In this document: positions 1 through 7,400 of the stretch, in pieces | Position numbering within the stretch: the first letter of the stretch is position 1 | Layout of the letters: each line of letters opens with the position of its first letter | Made by a program: the position numbers and the translations under genes | The notes under the pieces: generated by a model | What the model saw: only the letters and a program-made list of their open reading frames with translations | The model's database searches: none | What the model was told of the DNA's origin: nothing | Assembly (NCBI GenBank): GCA_012033355.1 | Contig: JAAUQZ010000002.1 | Coordinates: 25,604-49,603, forward strand | Reading direction: 5' to 3' | DNA length: 24,000 nucleotides | From: Leptolyngbyaceae cyanobacterium RM1_406_9 | GTDB taxonomy: Bacteria > Cyanobacteriota > Cyanobacteriia > Elainellales > Elainellaceae

Positions 1-1266
1 TAAATTGACATCATCAAACAGAGGTTTGAACGATGTTCCTTCGTTGTCAGGTGTATCCAGGTCTAATAAATGGCTGCGCCCCTGGTGAATTTCGTACCCC
101 GTGACAGGTAAACCTGTTTGAGGAAAATTGGACGTAACCAGGCGTTGACGAGCCACTTTCTGCCCCGTGATTACCGTTTTTAGGGGCAGCAATCCTAGCC
201 CTTTGTAACGACCTTCTTGACCTTCGATGCCTTCTGGGTCAGCCAACATTCTACCCATCATTTGGAAGCCGCCGCAGATGCCCATGACGGTTCCTCCGGC
301 GGCGGCGTAGTTTTGAATTGCCTCTGCCATGCCCGTGCGCTGCATCATGATCAGGTCGGCGATGGTTGTTTTTGAGCCGGGGAGAATGACGGCATCAGGA
401 TAGCCTAATGAATCTTTTAAGCCGATGTATCGGACTGAGACGCTTGGCTCGGATTCTAATGGATCAAAGTCGGTGAAGTTAGAGATTCGAGGCAGGCGAA
501 TCACGGCAATGTTAATTTCGCTGTTGGTAGGGCTGGCATTTCGCTCAAGCAGAGAAAGGGAGTCTTCTGCCGGAAACGCATGGTCGAGCCAGGGAACCAC
601 GCCAACAACGGGAATTCCGGTGCGCTCTTCTAGCCAGGTAATGCCCGACTGTAGGAGCGATCGCTGTCCTCGAAATTTGTTAATGACAATTCCTTTGACC
701 AATGCCCGTTCTTCTGGCTCCAGCAGTTCCAGGGTGCCGACGATGTGGGCAAAAACGCCGCCTCGTTCAATGTCAGCAATGAGTAACGTGGGCGCATTCA
801 GATGACGAGCCACGCGCATATTGGTCAGGTCGCGATGCTTCAGGTTGATTTCAGCCGGACTACCAGCCCCCTCACAAATCACCAGGTCAAATTCTTCTCC
901 CAGACGGGCGAGGGATTCTTCGATCGCTTGCCAGCCCGGTTCAAAATACTGTTCGTAATAGTCAGCCGCGCCAACCCTGCCTACGGCTCTGCCTTTCAAC
1001 ACAACTTGAGAGGTCATATCGCCCTGAGGTTTGAGCAAGATGGGGTTCATCTCAACGCGAGGAGTCACTCCAGCGGCCCAGGCCTGTACCGCTTGAGCAT
1101 GACCAATTTCGCCACCGCTAGCAGTCACATAGGCATTGAGCGCCATATTTTGCCCTTTGAACGGGGTCACTCGCCAGCCCCGGCGACATAAAATTCGACA
1201 TAGTGCCGCAGTTAAGAGCGATTTCCCAGCGTGGGATGTTGTCCCGACAACCATGATGGCTTTCAT
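1..1266 (-). CDS. cobQ: cobyric acid synthase CobQ (partial; C-terminus runs off the left window edge)
   Basis: The reverse-strand frame is open from the ATG at 1266 down to nt 1 with no stop. My translation begins MKAIMVVGTTSHAGKSLLTAALCRILCRRGWRVTPFKGQNMALNAYV. It continues through FDLVICEGAGSPAEINL and a glutamine-amidotransferase part with VMGICGGFQMMG. It is missing from the ORF track because the window edge truncates it. The + ORFs at 425-1387 are antisense shadows of it. Confidence 0.9.
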   Translation of the reverse strand, partial: MKAIMVVGTTSHAGKSLLTAALCRILCRRGWRVTPFKGQNMALNAYVTASGGEIGHAQAVQAWAAGVTPRVEMNPILLKPQGDMTSQVVLKGRAVGRVGAADYYEQYFEPGWQAIEESLARLGEEFDLVICEGAGSPAEINLKHRDLTNMRVARHLNAPTLLIADIERGGVFAHIVGTLELLEPEERALVKGIVINKFRGQRSLLQSGITWLEERTGIPVVGVVPWLDHAFPAEDSLSLLERNASPTNSEINIAVIRLPRISNFTDFDPLESEPSVSVRYIGLKDSLGYPDAVILPGSKTTIADLIMMQRTGMAEAIQNYAAAGGTVMGICGGFQMMGRMLADPEGIEGQEGRYKGLGLLPLKTVITGQKVARQRLVTSNFPQTGLPVTGYEIHQGRSHLLDLDTPDNEGTSFKPLFDDVNL

Positions 1267-1439
1267 GCAAAACCTCCAAGAAGTCCCTGGCGATCGGGCA
1301 AAGCCGAACGAGGGGATGGCTGATATGAAAAATGAACGTTTGGACGCTTCAACGCGGTCCCTCGACCAGTCATTATATTCGAGATAAATATTTGAGCCAG
1401 AGTTGAGTCAGTTGAGAAACTCAAGCTGGTTGAAGGCAG

Positions 1440-1745
1440 CTATCGTATCCAATCTGGCAGACGTACCCAGCGATTCCAGGCATTCTGTAAGCGATCGAGC
1501 AGGCTTGGTGTAGGTAGAGTATCACCCTGATGCTGCCACTGTTCGACTAGTTGCCGACCCAGTGGTGTGAGTCGAAAGCTGTCTGTTAAACCCTGTCCGT
1601 CTACTTCTCTTCGCAGCAATCCAGTTTGAATCAGCCAAAGTAAATCATTTTCTGCCACTAATTCGGGCAGGGGGCGACGGGTATAACGGTTTTGGATGCC
1701 AGGTTGTCCGGCGATCGCCTTTAACCCGACGCTCTGCTGGCTCAT
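1440..1745 (-). CDS. hypothetical protein (small, probably a conserved cyanobacterial family)
   Basis: This is the ORF-track frame 1440..1865 (-). The 141-aa version starts at a TTG (1865), with ATGs at 1859 and 1745. I prefer ATG 1745 (MSQQSVGLKAIAGQPGIQNRY...) because the 40-aa extension is basic, Pro/Arg-rich and looks non-conserved. The start is uncertain and I recognise no domain. Confidence 0.5.
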   Translation of the reverse strand: MSQQSVGLKAIAGQPGIQNRYTRRPLPELVAENDLLWLIQTGLLRREVDGQGLTDSFRLTPLGRQLVEQWQHQGDTLPTPSLLDRLQNAWNRWVRLPDWIR

Positions 1746-2261
1746 TGTGGCAAACAGATGAAGCTGAAAGGGAGCGCACCTTACTGCCCGTTCTGCCCGC
1801 TCAACTGCACGGCGGGGATAGCGAATCAACTGGGCACTGCTGGATTGAATGGGGGGCATTAGCAACTGTTGAGGCTGGTATAGGTGAGGCTAGCGAGAGG
1901 AAGTCCGGCAAAGCTAAAAATTTACATTCTTGTCTATCTTATGCTGTTTTTTGGGGGCGATCGCACCCCATCAGGCTTTACCAGCAGCTCATGGGCAAGT
2001 CCGAAGCAGTTAAGTAAAGACAAAAATCAAGGGTTTTGATCGGCTGAACATTTTTTGGTAGCGCTCATCACATTTTTTATTTAGCTCCATTGGTAACTCT
2101 TTTACTAAGCGCTTGCAAGATTCGTTAGCAGAGCAAAGAGGCGTTCTATCGGCGCTTGAGTTGTGTTGCTTCGGGTCTTGAGCAGAGGTAAGCCGATTTA
2201 GAAACCGAAATTTAACGGGTTCTTGAGTAGGGTTCCCTCTGTTAGAGCTAGTAGAAACAAT

Positions 2262-2390
2262 TAGGTCGCTTCTAGGGTTCCGGTTTGGGTGTCATCCAAA
2301 TGGCTGGTCCGAGAGAAGCCAGCTAGCTTTTGAAAGTTCTGTTTGAGAACTTTCGGCTAGCCACACGGCGGGATAAAAGCCCGGGAGAAG
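2262..2390 (+). promoter_or_regulatory. ykkC: guanidine-I (ykkC/yxkD class) riboswitch aptamer
   Basis: All three hallmark conserved blocks of the ykkC motif are present in order: CTAGGGTTCCGG (2272-2283), GGTCCGAGAG (2306-2315) and ACACGGCGGGATAAAAGCCCGGGAGA (2363-2388). An extended internal helix (GCTAGC..GAAAGTTCT gttt GAGAACTTTC..GCTAGC) lies between them. The aptamer ends about 115 nt upstream of the first CDS. Its boundaries are approximate. Confidence 0.85.
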
Positions 2391-2430
2391 CAGTCTAGTG
2401 GCTGAGACTGTCTCCTGGGCTTTGCTTTGC
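2379..2430 (+). terminator. riboswitch expression platform: intrinsic terminator sharing its 5' arm with the aptamer 3' end
   Basis: GCCCGGGAGAagCAGTCT (2379-2396) pairs with AGACTGTCTCCTGGGC (2405-2420). That gives 16 bp with one G-U pair and a 2-nt bulge, and an 8-nt loop. TTTGCTTTG follows. The 5' arm is the conserved GCCCGGGAGA of the aptamer, so aptamer folding and terminator folding are mutually exclusive, which is ON-switch logic. Confidence 0.7.
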
Positions 2431-2504
2431 AGTTCAACTGAAAGGCGGGTTTCCCAGGACAGTCATGGAATTGGCATAATTCAACGATTTCTGGGTGATT
2501 AACT

Positions 2505-3695
2505 ATGACGGATGATCCTCTCTTTCAAAGTCCATCTAACGGACAGCAGCCTCAAACGCAGGCTCAACACGCCCTAGAGCGGGAAGCCCAGTTGCCGATG
2601 ACGGGGTGGCAGCAGGAGGTTTCTAGAGGGCTGGAGTTTGGGCTAGAGGCGGCTGAAAGTATCCGCGATCGCTCCATTCCCACCTTTTCTCGCGGTGAAT
2701 TGCCTCACTATGCAGGCATCAATACTTTCCTCAAAGCGCCTTACCTGGAAGATGTGCGAAAGGTGGGAGAATATGACGTGGCGATCGTCGGTGTGCCGCA
2801 CGATTCTGGCACTACTTACCGCCCTGGAACTCGCTTTGGACCACAGGGAATTCGCCGCATTTCTGCACTTTACACGCCCTACAACTTCGAGCTAGGCATC
2901 GACCTGCGCGAACAGATCACGCTCTGCGATGTCGGCGACATTTTTACCATTCCCGCCAACAACGAGAAGTCATTTGACCAGATTTCTAAAGGCGTTGCTC
3001 ACGTTTTCAGTTCTGGTGCATTCCCAATCATCTTAGGCGGCGATCACTCGATTGGGTTTCCGACCGTGCGCGGGGTCTGTCGGCATCTGGGCGACAAAAA
3101 AGTAGGAATTATTCACTTCGATCGCCACGTAGACACCCAGGAAACCGACCTGGACGAGCGGATGCACACCTGCCCCTGGTTTCACGCCACCAACATGAAG
3201 AATGCGCCCGCCAAAAACCTGGTGCAGCTTGGGATTGGTGGATGGCAGGTGCCGCGTCAGGGGGTGAAAGTGTGCCGCGATCGCGCCACCAACATTCTCA
3301 CCGTCACCGACATTACCGAAATGGGACTGGATGCCGCCGTAGACTTTGCCCTGGAACGCGCCCTCGATGGCACCGATTGCGTCTACATTAGCTTTGACAT
3401 TGACTGCATCGACGCGGGCTTTGTCCCTGGCACGGGCTGGCCCGAACCTGGCGGACTACTGCCCCGTGAAGCCCTCTACCTGCTCGGCAAAATCGTCCAA
3501 AAAGCGCCCGTTTGCGGACTAGAAGTGGTTGAAGTCTCACCGCCCTACGACATCAGCGATATCACCTCCCTGATGGCTACGCGAGTCATCTGTGACACGA
3601 TGGCGCATCTGGTGCTGTCGGGACAACTGCCGCGATCGCAAAAACCCGCTTACATCCACCCAGAGGCTCAGCCGGAATTGGTGGAGTGGAGCTAG
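2505..3695 (+). CDS. gdmH: agmatinase/ureohydrolase-family enzyme, predicted Ni-dependent guanidine hydrolase (GdmH-like)
   Basis: The 396-aa ORF carries the arginase/agmatinase-fold metal-ligand motifs LGGDHSIGF, HFDRHVD (DxHxD), SFDIDCID and GLEVVEVSPPYD. The guanidine hydrolase call, rather than agmatinase, rests on context. A guanidine-I riboswitch sits directly upstream and hypA/hypB-like genes sit directly downstream, as in Synechocystis sll1077-sll1079. Confidence 0.85.
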   Translation: MTDDPLFQSPSNGQQPQTQAQHALEREAQLPMTGWQQEVSRGLEFGLEAAESIRDRSIPTFSRGELPHYAGINTFLKAPYLEDVRKVGEYDVAIVGVPHDSGTTYRPGTRFGPQGIRRISALYTPYNFELGIDLREQITLCDVGDIFTIPANNEKSFDQISKGVAHVFSSGAFPIILGGDHSIGFPTVRGVCRHLGDKKVGIIHFDRHVDTQETDLDERMHTCPWFHATNMKNAPAKNLVQLGIGGWQVPRQGVKVCRDRATNILTVTDITEMGLDAAVDFALERALDGTDCVYISFDIDCIDAGFVPGTGWPEPGGLLPREALYLLGKIVQKAPVCGLEVVEVSPPYDISDITSLMATRVICDTMAHLVLSGQLPRSQKPAYIHPEAQPELVEWS

Positions 3696-3739
3696 GGAAG
3701 GGATGAGGGATGAGGGATGAGGGGTGAGGGAGGAAGGCA
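3696..3739. repeat. tandem heptanucleotide repeat (GGATGAG)3-GGGTGAG with degenerate flanks
   Basis: Read directly: gggaag ggatgag ggatgag ggatgag gggtgag ggaggaagg, starting right after the gdmH stop codon (TAG 3693-3695). Related G-rich heptamers occur at 6221-6237, 6305-6315, 15184-15205 and 16262-16299. Confidence 0.85.
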
Positions 3740-3750
3740 TTTTTCCACCT

Positions 3751-3904
3751 CATTACCAAGCTAGAGCTTGGTAATGACGGACTGGAAGTCCAGCTTCCTG
3801 CGCTAACAAGGAACCGCTCAATGGCAACAGCCCGTGGGACTCATCCCCTTCATCAAAGGAAGCTGGAGCTTCCTTGACTGCATTGCTAAGCTGGAGCTTG
3901 GCAA
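3751..3904. repeat. composite palindromic (REP/MITE-like) element, copy 1
   Basis: There are four palindromic units in the order A-B-spacer-B'-A'. They are CATTACCAAGCTagAGCTTGGTAATG (3751-3776), GGAAGTCCAGCTTCC (3784-3798), GGAAGCTggAGCTTCC (3859-3874) and TTGCTAAGCTggAGCTTGGCAA (3883-3904). The same architecture recurs at 9513-9672. Confidence 0.8.
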
Positions 3905-3975
3905 CGAGGTTATTCCGCATCTACTTCATCCAACCTGCATCTGAAAAGGACGACCGCAAATTTTGGACTTTTGCT

Positions 3976-4356
3976 ATGCATGAAACCGATATGACAAAAG
4001 CACTAATTTTAACCGTGCAAAATTGGTGGGAAGCGCAGCCAGAACGCCCCAAAATTTCTCAGGTGCATCTCACTGTCGGTCAGTTTACCTGTGTGGAACC
4101 CGTTAGCTTGCAGTTTGCCTTTGAAGTGCAGACTCGCAATACCTTTTTAGAAGCTGCCAAACTGGTGATTCAAGAAACCCCTTTGGTCGCTTTTTGTCAC
4201 CACTGTCAGCAAGAATATCGCCCCGAAATCGGCGTTCAATATGCTTGCCCTGAGTGTCGATCACCCATGGAAGACATTCGCTCAGGGCGAGAGCTAAAAA
4301 TTAATCGCATCGAATACTGTTCTGACTCTGCGGAAAGTTATGCATCAAACCTTTGA
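3976..4356 (+). CDS. ghaA: HypA-like nickel metallochaperone (GhaA-like accessory protein)
   Basis: In the ORF-track frame 3874..4356 I place the start at ATG 3976, giving [10 protein letters not shown]. The MHE N-terminus is the HypA Ni-binding signature. The zinc-site pairs CHHC and CPEC are present (FCHHCQQEY...ACPECRSP). The upstream TTG-started extension lies inside the palindromic repeat element and is unlikely to be coding. Confidence 0.85.
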   Translation: MHETDMTKALILTVQNWWEAQPERPKISQVHLTVGQFTCVEPVSLQFAFEVQTRNTFLEAAKLVIQETPLVAFCHHCQQEYRPEIGVQYACPECRSPMEDIRSGRELKINRIEYCSDSAESYASNL

Positions 4357-5053
4357 CGCGGCTCTAGAAATTAACCTGCTTCACGCCAACCAGGAAGGAG
4401 CCGACCACAATCGCGCCCACTTTGACGCATGGGGAATCACCTGTCTGAACATCATGAGCAGCCCCGGCGCAGGTAAAACCGTACTGCTAGAAAAAACCCT
4501 GGCAGCGCTCAACCAAACGCTAAAAATCGCCGTAATTGAAGGCGACATGACAACAGAATTAGATGCCGATCGCCTACGTCAACATAATGTTCCAGTAATC
4601 GCAATTAACACGGGTCGTTCCTGTCATCTGGATTCAAAAATGGTAGCAGGAGGGCTGTACCAGTTAGAGCATCAATACAACCCTTCTGACTTTGATTTGG
4701 TGCTGGTTGAGAATGTCGGAAACCTGGTTTGCCCCGCCGAATTTGAAGTGGGAGAACACGCCAAAGTTGCGCTTTTAAGCATCACCGAAGGCGAGGACAA
4801 ACCGCTGAAATATCCGGTGATGTTTCAGGAAGCAGATTGCCTACTGATCACCAAAATGGACTTAGCGCCGCATTTAGAAATTGACGTAAATCGAATCATT
4901 GCAAACGTCCGCCAGATGAATCCAAATGTGACGATTATTCCTGTTTCTGCCAAAATCGGAGAAGGCTTAACCGCCTGGTTTGATTGGCTACAGTCACAAA
5001 TCCCTGCTGCTGAAAAGATAGCTTCTAAATTGCCAGACCTAACATCAGCGTAG
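4340..5053 (+). CDS. ghaB: HypB-like Ni-binding GTPase (GhaB-like accessory protein)
   Basis: The 237-aa ORF has the SIMIBI/G3E GTPase motifs SSPGAGKT (P-loop), [17 protein letters not shown] (NKxD-like) and VSAK. The GTPase-domain metal ligands SCHLD plus the Cys of NLVCP are present. It overlaps the 3' end of the hypA-like gene by 17 nt, which suggests translational coupling. Confidence 0.85.
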   Translation: MHQTFDAALEINLLHANQEGADHNRAHFDAWGITCLNIMSSPGAGKTVLLEKTLAALNQTLKIAVIEGDMTTELDADRLRQHNVPVIAINTGRSCHLDSKMVAGGLYQLEHQYNPSDFDLVLVENVGNLVCPAEFEVGEHAKVALLSITEGEDKPLKYPVMFQEADCLLITKMDLAPHLEIDVNRIIANVRQMNPNVTIIPVSAKIGEGLTAWFDWLQSQIPAAEKIASKLPDLTSA

Positions 5054-5154
5054 GTTGGGTTGAGTTAACGAAACCCAACAACACCCAATCTCTAACCAAT
5101 TCAATCACGTGAGATCTACGTTTGTTGGGTTCCGCTTTGCTTCACCCAGCCTAC
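5049..5154. repeat. GTAGG..CCTAC-bounded palindromic element with an inner hairpin
   Basis: GTAGGTTGGGT (5050-5060) is the near-perfect inverted complement of ACCCAGCCTAC (5144-5154), matching 10 of 11. The inner hairpin is GTTGGGTT (5054-5061) / AACCCAAC (5072-5079). It belongs to the same family as 9698-9779 and 20434-20484. Confidence 0.7.
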
Positions 5155-5182
5155 AGTTCTAACCTGTTTCAAAGGAGCCTGA

Positions 5183-6220
5183 ATGAGAGTTCGCAAACTA
5201 TTATCTTGGGGAATTGCTTTTCTATTTGGTTTAGTTGTTGTAGTAAGCTGTGCGCCCAACCCAGGAACCGATACAGCAACTTCTGGAACCGATACGGCTG
5301 GGGAACCTGTCGTAATGGGCTTCAGCGCTTGGCCGGGTTGGTTTCCCTGGCAGGTCGCTGAGGAGGAAGGCTTGTTTGAGCAGAACAACGTCAACGTCGA
5401 ACTGACCTGGTTTGACGGCTATCTCGATTCAATTAACGCTCTGGCGGCTGGACAGCTTGACGCAAACGCCCAAACGCTCAACGACACGATTAGCTCGATC
5501 GCGGCTGGCTCTGATCAGGTGATTGTGTTGGTAAACGACAACTCGACGGGCAACGACATGATCATCGTCAGCGAGGAAATCAACTCCATTGAAGACCTGC
5601 GCGGCAAACGAGTTGCAGCGGAAGAGGGTACAGTCGATCACTTCTTGCTGCTATTGGGGTTGCGAGATGCTGGAATGACCCAGGCAGACATTGACTTTCA
5701 GCCGTTAGAGACGGGGGCTGCCGCTGCTGCTTTTGCGGCAGGTCAGCTAGATGCAGTTGGAGTATTTGCGCCATTCACCACACAGGCTCTAGCTCGTCCA
5801 GGCAGCAAGACGCTATTTAGCTCTGCGGACTACCCCGGTGCAATTCCCGATCATTTGGTTGTGACTCGTCAAATGGTCGATGAGCGTCCTGAAGAGGTGC
5901 AAGGTCTGGTCAATACCTGGTTTGCCACGCTGGAATTTATTGAAGGCAATCAGGACAAGGCGTTTGAAACAATGGCGAAACGGGCGGGTGTGACAGTTGA
6001 TGAGTACAAGGAATATGACCAGGGCACAACTATCTTCAGCATTGAGGACAATTTGGCAGCGTTTGAACCCGGTTCAGATATGTCTTCTTTGCCCTATGCC
6101 GCTGAACAAATTAGCCAGTTCCTAGTAGAAAGCGGACTGGTTCAAGAGGCTCCCGATGTTAGCAATATTTTTGACGACCAGTTTGTCCGAGCGTATGCAG
6201 AGCAGGCAGGAAAGGGATAA
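5183..6220 (+). CDS. ABC transporter substrate-binding lipoprotein, NitT/TauT (NMT1-like) family; candidate guanidine-binding protein
   Basis: The 345-aa ORF has an AGGAG Shine-Dalgarno about 6 nt upstream of the ATG. The N-terminus MRVRKLLSWGIAFLFGLVVVVSC looks like a lipoprotein signal peptide with a VVSC lipobox. The overall composition fits aliphatic-sulfonate/nitrate-type SBPs. It sits in the operon with the matching permease and ATPase. Confidence 0.85.
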   Translation: MRVRKLLSWGIAFLFGLVVVVSCAPNPGTDTATSGTDTAGEPVVMGFSAWPGWFPWQVAEEEGLFEQNNVNVELTWFDGYLDSINALAAGQLDANAQTLNDTISSIAAGSDQVIVLVNDNSTGNDMIIVSEEINSIEDLRGKRVAAEEGTVDHFLLLLGLRDAGMTQADIDFQPLETGAAAAAFAAGQLDAVGVFAPFTTQALARPGSKTLFSSADYPGAIPDHLVVTRQMVDERPEEVQGLVNTWFATLEFIEGNQDKAFETMAKRAGVTVDEYKEYDQGTTIFSIEDNLAAFEPGSDMSSLPYAAEQISQFLVESGLVQEAPDVSNIFDDQFVRAYAEQAGKG

Positions 6221-6241
6221 GGAAAGGATGAGGGATGTTAC

Positions 6242-6288
6242 TAGATCTCGTTAGATCTCGTTCCCAGGTAGAACCTGGGAAGAGATCT
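6242..6288. repeat. direct repeat plus strong stem-loop between the SBP and permease genes
   Basis: TAGATCTCGT is duplicated in tandem (6242-6251 and 6252-6261). AGATCTCGTTCCCAGGT (6253-6269) pairs with ACCTGGGAAGAGATCT (6273-6288), giving 16 bp with a 1-nt bulge and a 3-nt loop. G-rich GGATGAGGGA motifs flank it on both sides. Confidence 0.8.
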
Positions 6289-6375
6289 AAGAGGGGAAAC
6301 GAAAGGGATGAGGGAACCAGGTCCCATCTACTACCTACCACCTACCAAGCAAAAGGCAATCTTGAGGCAAAGCAA

Positions 6376-7233
6376 ATGAGCCAATCCAGCGAATTTATTG
6401 AGCAGGAAAACGTTTCTGCTGCACCTAGAATGTTGTCGCCTACTGTGTTTTGGCGCATTGCCGAAGATATTCCTAAAAACTTGTCCTGGACGCTGATTGT
6501 TTTGTCGATCGCCATTCCAATTTCCCTCTGGTGGATCATTTCTGAATACATTGCCGCAAACTATGAAGTCTATGCAATTTTTCTACCTACACCACTGCGG
6601 ACTCTAGAAGCGCTACAGCGTCTCTGGACAGAAGGACTATTGCCGACAGACATAGCATACAGTATGTTTCGGGTCTTCAGCGGTTTCCTATTAGCGGCGA
6701 TTATTTCGGTTCCTTTGGGTGTATTGATGGGGTCGTTTGCGAGTTGGCGATCGCTCCTAGAACCGATCATTGGCATCATTCGCTATATGCCAGCCCCCGC
6801 CTTTATTCCCCTCCTAATTCTCTACTTTGGGTTAGGCGAAGTTCCTAAAATTCTGCTGATTTTCATTGGCACCCTATTTTTCAACACGCTGATGATTATG
6901 GATGCGGTGAAGTTTGTGCCCAAAGAATTAATCGAAACCACCTATACACTGGGAGGGAGACGCTTACAGGTTTTACTTCAGGTGATTTTGCCCTACATCT
7001 ATCCCAGCATTATTGATGCCTATCGCGTCAACATGGCTTCAGCCTGGAACCTGGTTATCGTGGCGGAGCTGGTTGCCGCAACGGAAGGTTTGGGTAAGCG
7101 AATTAGCATCGCTCAGCGGTTTTTGAGAACCGATGAAATTTTTGCTGGACTGATTGTAATTGGATTGATTGGTTTAGGGATCGATTTGCTATTCCGGTTG
7201 TTGTTAAAGTTTTCCTGTCGATGGGCGGCTTAA
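6376..7233 (+). CDS. ABC transporter permease (NitT/TauT family)
   Basis: In the ORF-track frame 6235..7233 I place the start at ATG 6376 (MSQSSEFIEQ...), with GAGG 8 nt upstream. The earlier part of the frame is made of the intergenic repeats. The protein has six predicted hydrophobic spans and a binding-protein-dependent permease loop (TLGGRRLQVLLQVILPYIYPSIID). Confidence 0.85.
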   Translation: MSQSSEFIEQENVSAAPRMLSPTVFWRIAEDIPKNLSWTLIVLSIAIPISLWWIISEYIAANYEVYAIFLPTPLRTLEALQRLWTEGLLPTDIAYSMFRVFSGFLLAAIISVPLGVLMGSFASWRSLLEPIIGIIRYMPAPAFIPLLILYFGLGEVPKILLIFIGTLFFNTLMIMDAVKFVPKELIETTYTLGGRRLQVLLQVILPYIYPSIIDAYRVNMASAWNLVIVAELVAATEGLGKRISIAQRFLRTDEIFAGLIVIGLIGLGIDLLFRLLLKFSCRWAA

Positions 7234-7260
7234 TCAGGTTAAAAAGCTCAATTCCTTGAA

Positions 7261-7324
7261 GGGCGTAGCATTCGGGCAAAAAATCTCGGTTTACTTCAGG
7301 GGCTATCTGGCGAATGCTGCGCCC
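7261..7324. repeat. palindromic intergenic element (14-bp stem, 36-nt loop)
   Basis: GGGCGTAGCATTCG (7261-7274) pairs with CGAATGCTGCGCCC (7311-7324), with 13 Watson-Crick pairs and one G-U. It lies between the permease and ATPase genes. Confidence 0.75.
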
Positions 7325-7400
7325 CTACGCCTGCTTTAATTTGGCTTCTAATTTTTAATTGCTACGGTTTTTTCTACTCACACTTCTCTCACTCACAGCC

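Noticed and set aside
425-1387. Three + strand ORFs (425..805, 802..1191, 1136..1387)
   Set aside because: They lie entirely antisense to a continuous, clearly recognisable CobQ reading frame. Their translations are low-complexity and Ser/Arg-rich with no motifs. They are shadow ORFs.
1267-1439. Possible cobalamin riboswitch upstream of cobQ
   Set aside because: I read the minus-strand leader and found no B12-box-like core (GCCACTG / AGTCAGG..CCTGCC type) and none of the usual GGTGAAAATCC-type blocks. Only a TATAAT-like hexamer is present (1377-1372, gene sense). A cmsearch with the cobalamin model would settle it.
1745-2017. + strand 90-aa ORF
   Set aside because: It overlaps the 5' end of the minus-strand hypothetical gene and then runs through non-coding-looking DNA. 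It has no motifs and odd composition.
2224-2262. Second ykkC-like 5' block (AGTAGGGTTCCC) suggesting a tandem riboswitch
   Set aside because: Only the first conserved block is partially mimicked. No GGTCCGAGAG or ACGGCGGGA partner follows before the real aptamer starts, so it is not a second aptamer.
2057-2264. NtcA-like GTA-N8-TAC sites (GTAGCGCTCATCAC near 2059; GTAGAAACAATTAG at 2251)
   Set aside because: Both deviate in the second half-site (CAC and TAG). I could not pair either with a properly spaced -10 element upstream of the aptamer. The evidence is too weak to call nitrogen control.
2465-2479. Mini-ORF ATG GAA TTG GCA TAA in the gdmH leader
   Set aside because: It is four codons long with no SD and no evident link to the riboswitch mechanism, so chance is the most likely explanation.
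2695-3740. ORFs 2695..2895 (+) and 3537..3740 (-)
   Set aside because: They are alternative-frame or antisense ORFs inside the well-supported ureohydrolase gene. The second is partly translated from the heptamer repeat.
3874-3975. N-terminal extension of the hypA-like ORF (TTG start at 3874); similarly 6235-6375, 7359-7400 and 15057-15095 for the permease and the two ATPases
   Set aside because: The extensions are encoded by palindromic or heptamer repeat DNA or lack similarity to family N-termini. Internal ATGs give canonical N-termini (MHE..., MSQSS..., MHLEVSQL..., MSPAVFIEKL...).
5116-5394. ORFs 5116..5394 (-) and 5122..5361 (+)
   Set aside because: They overlap the palindromic element and the 5' end of the SBP gene, which has a strong SD and a lipoprotein signal peptide.
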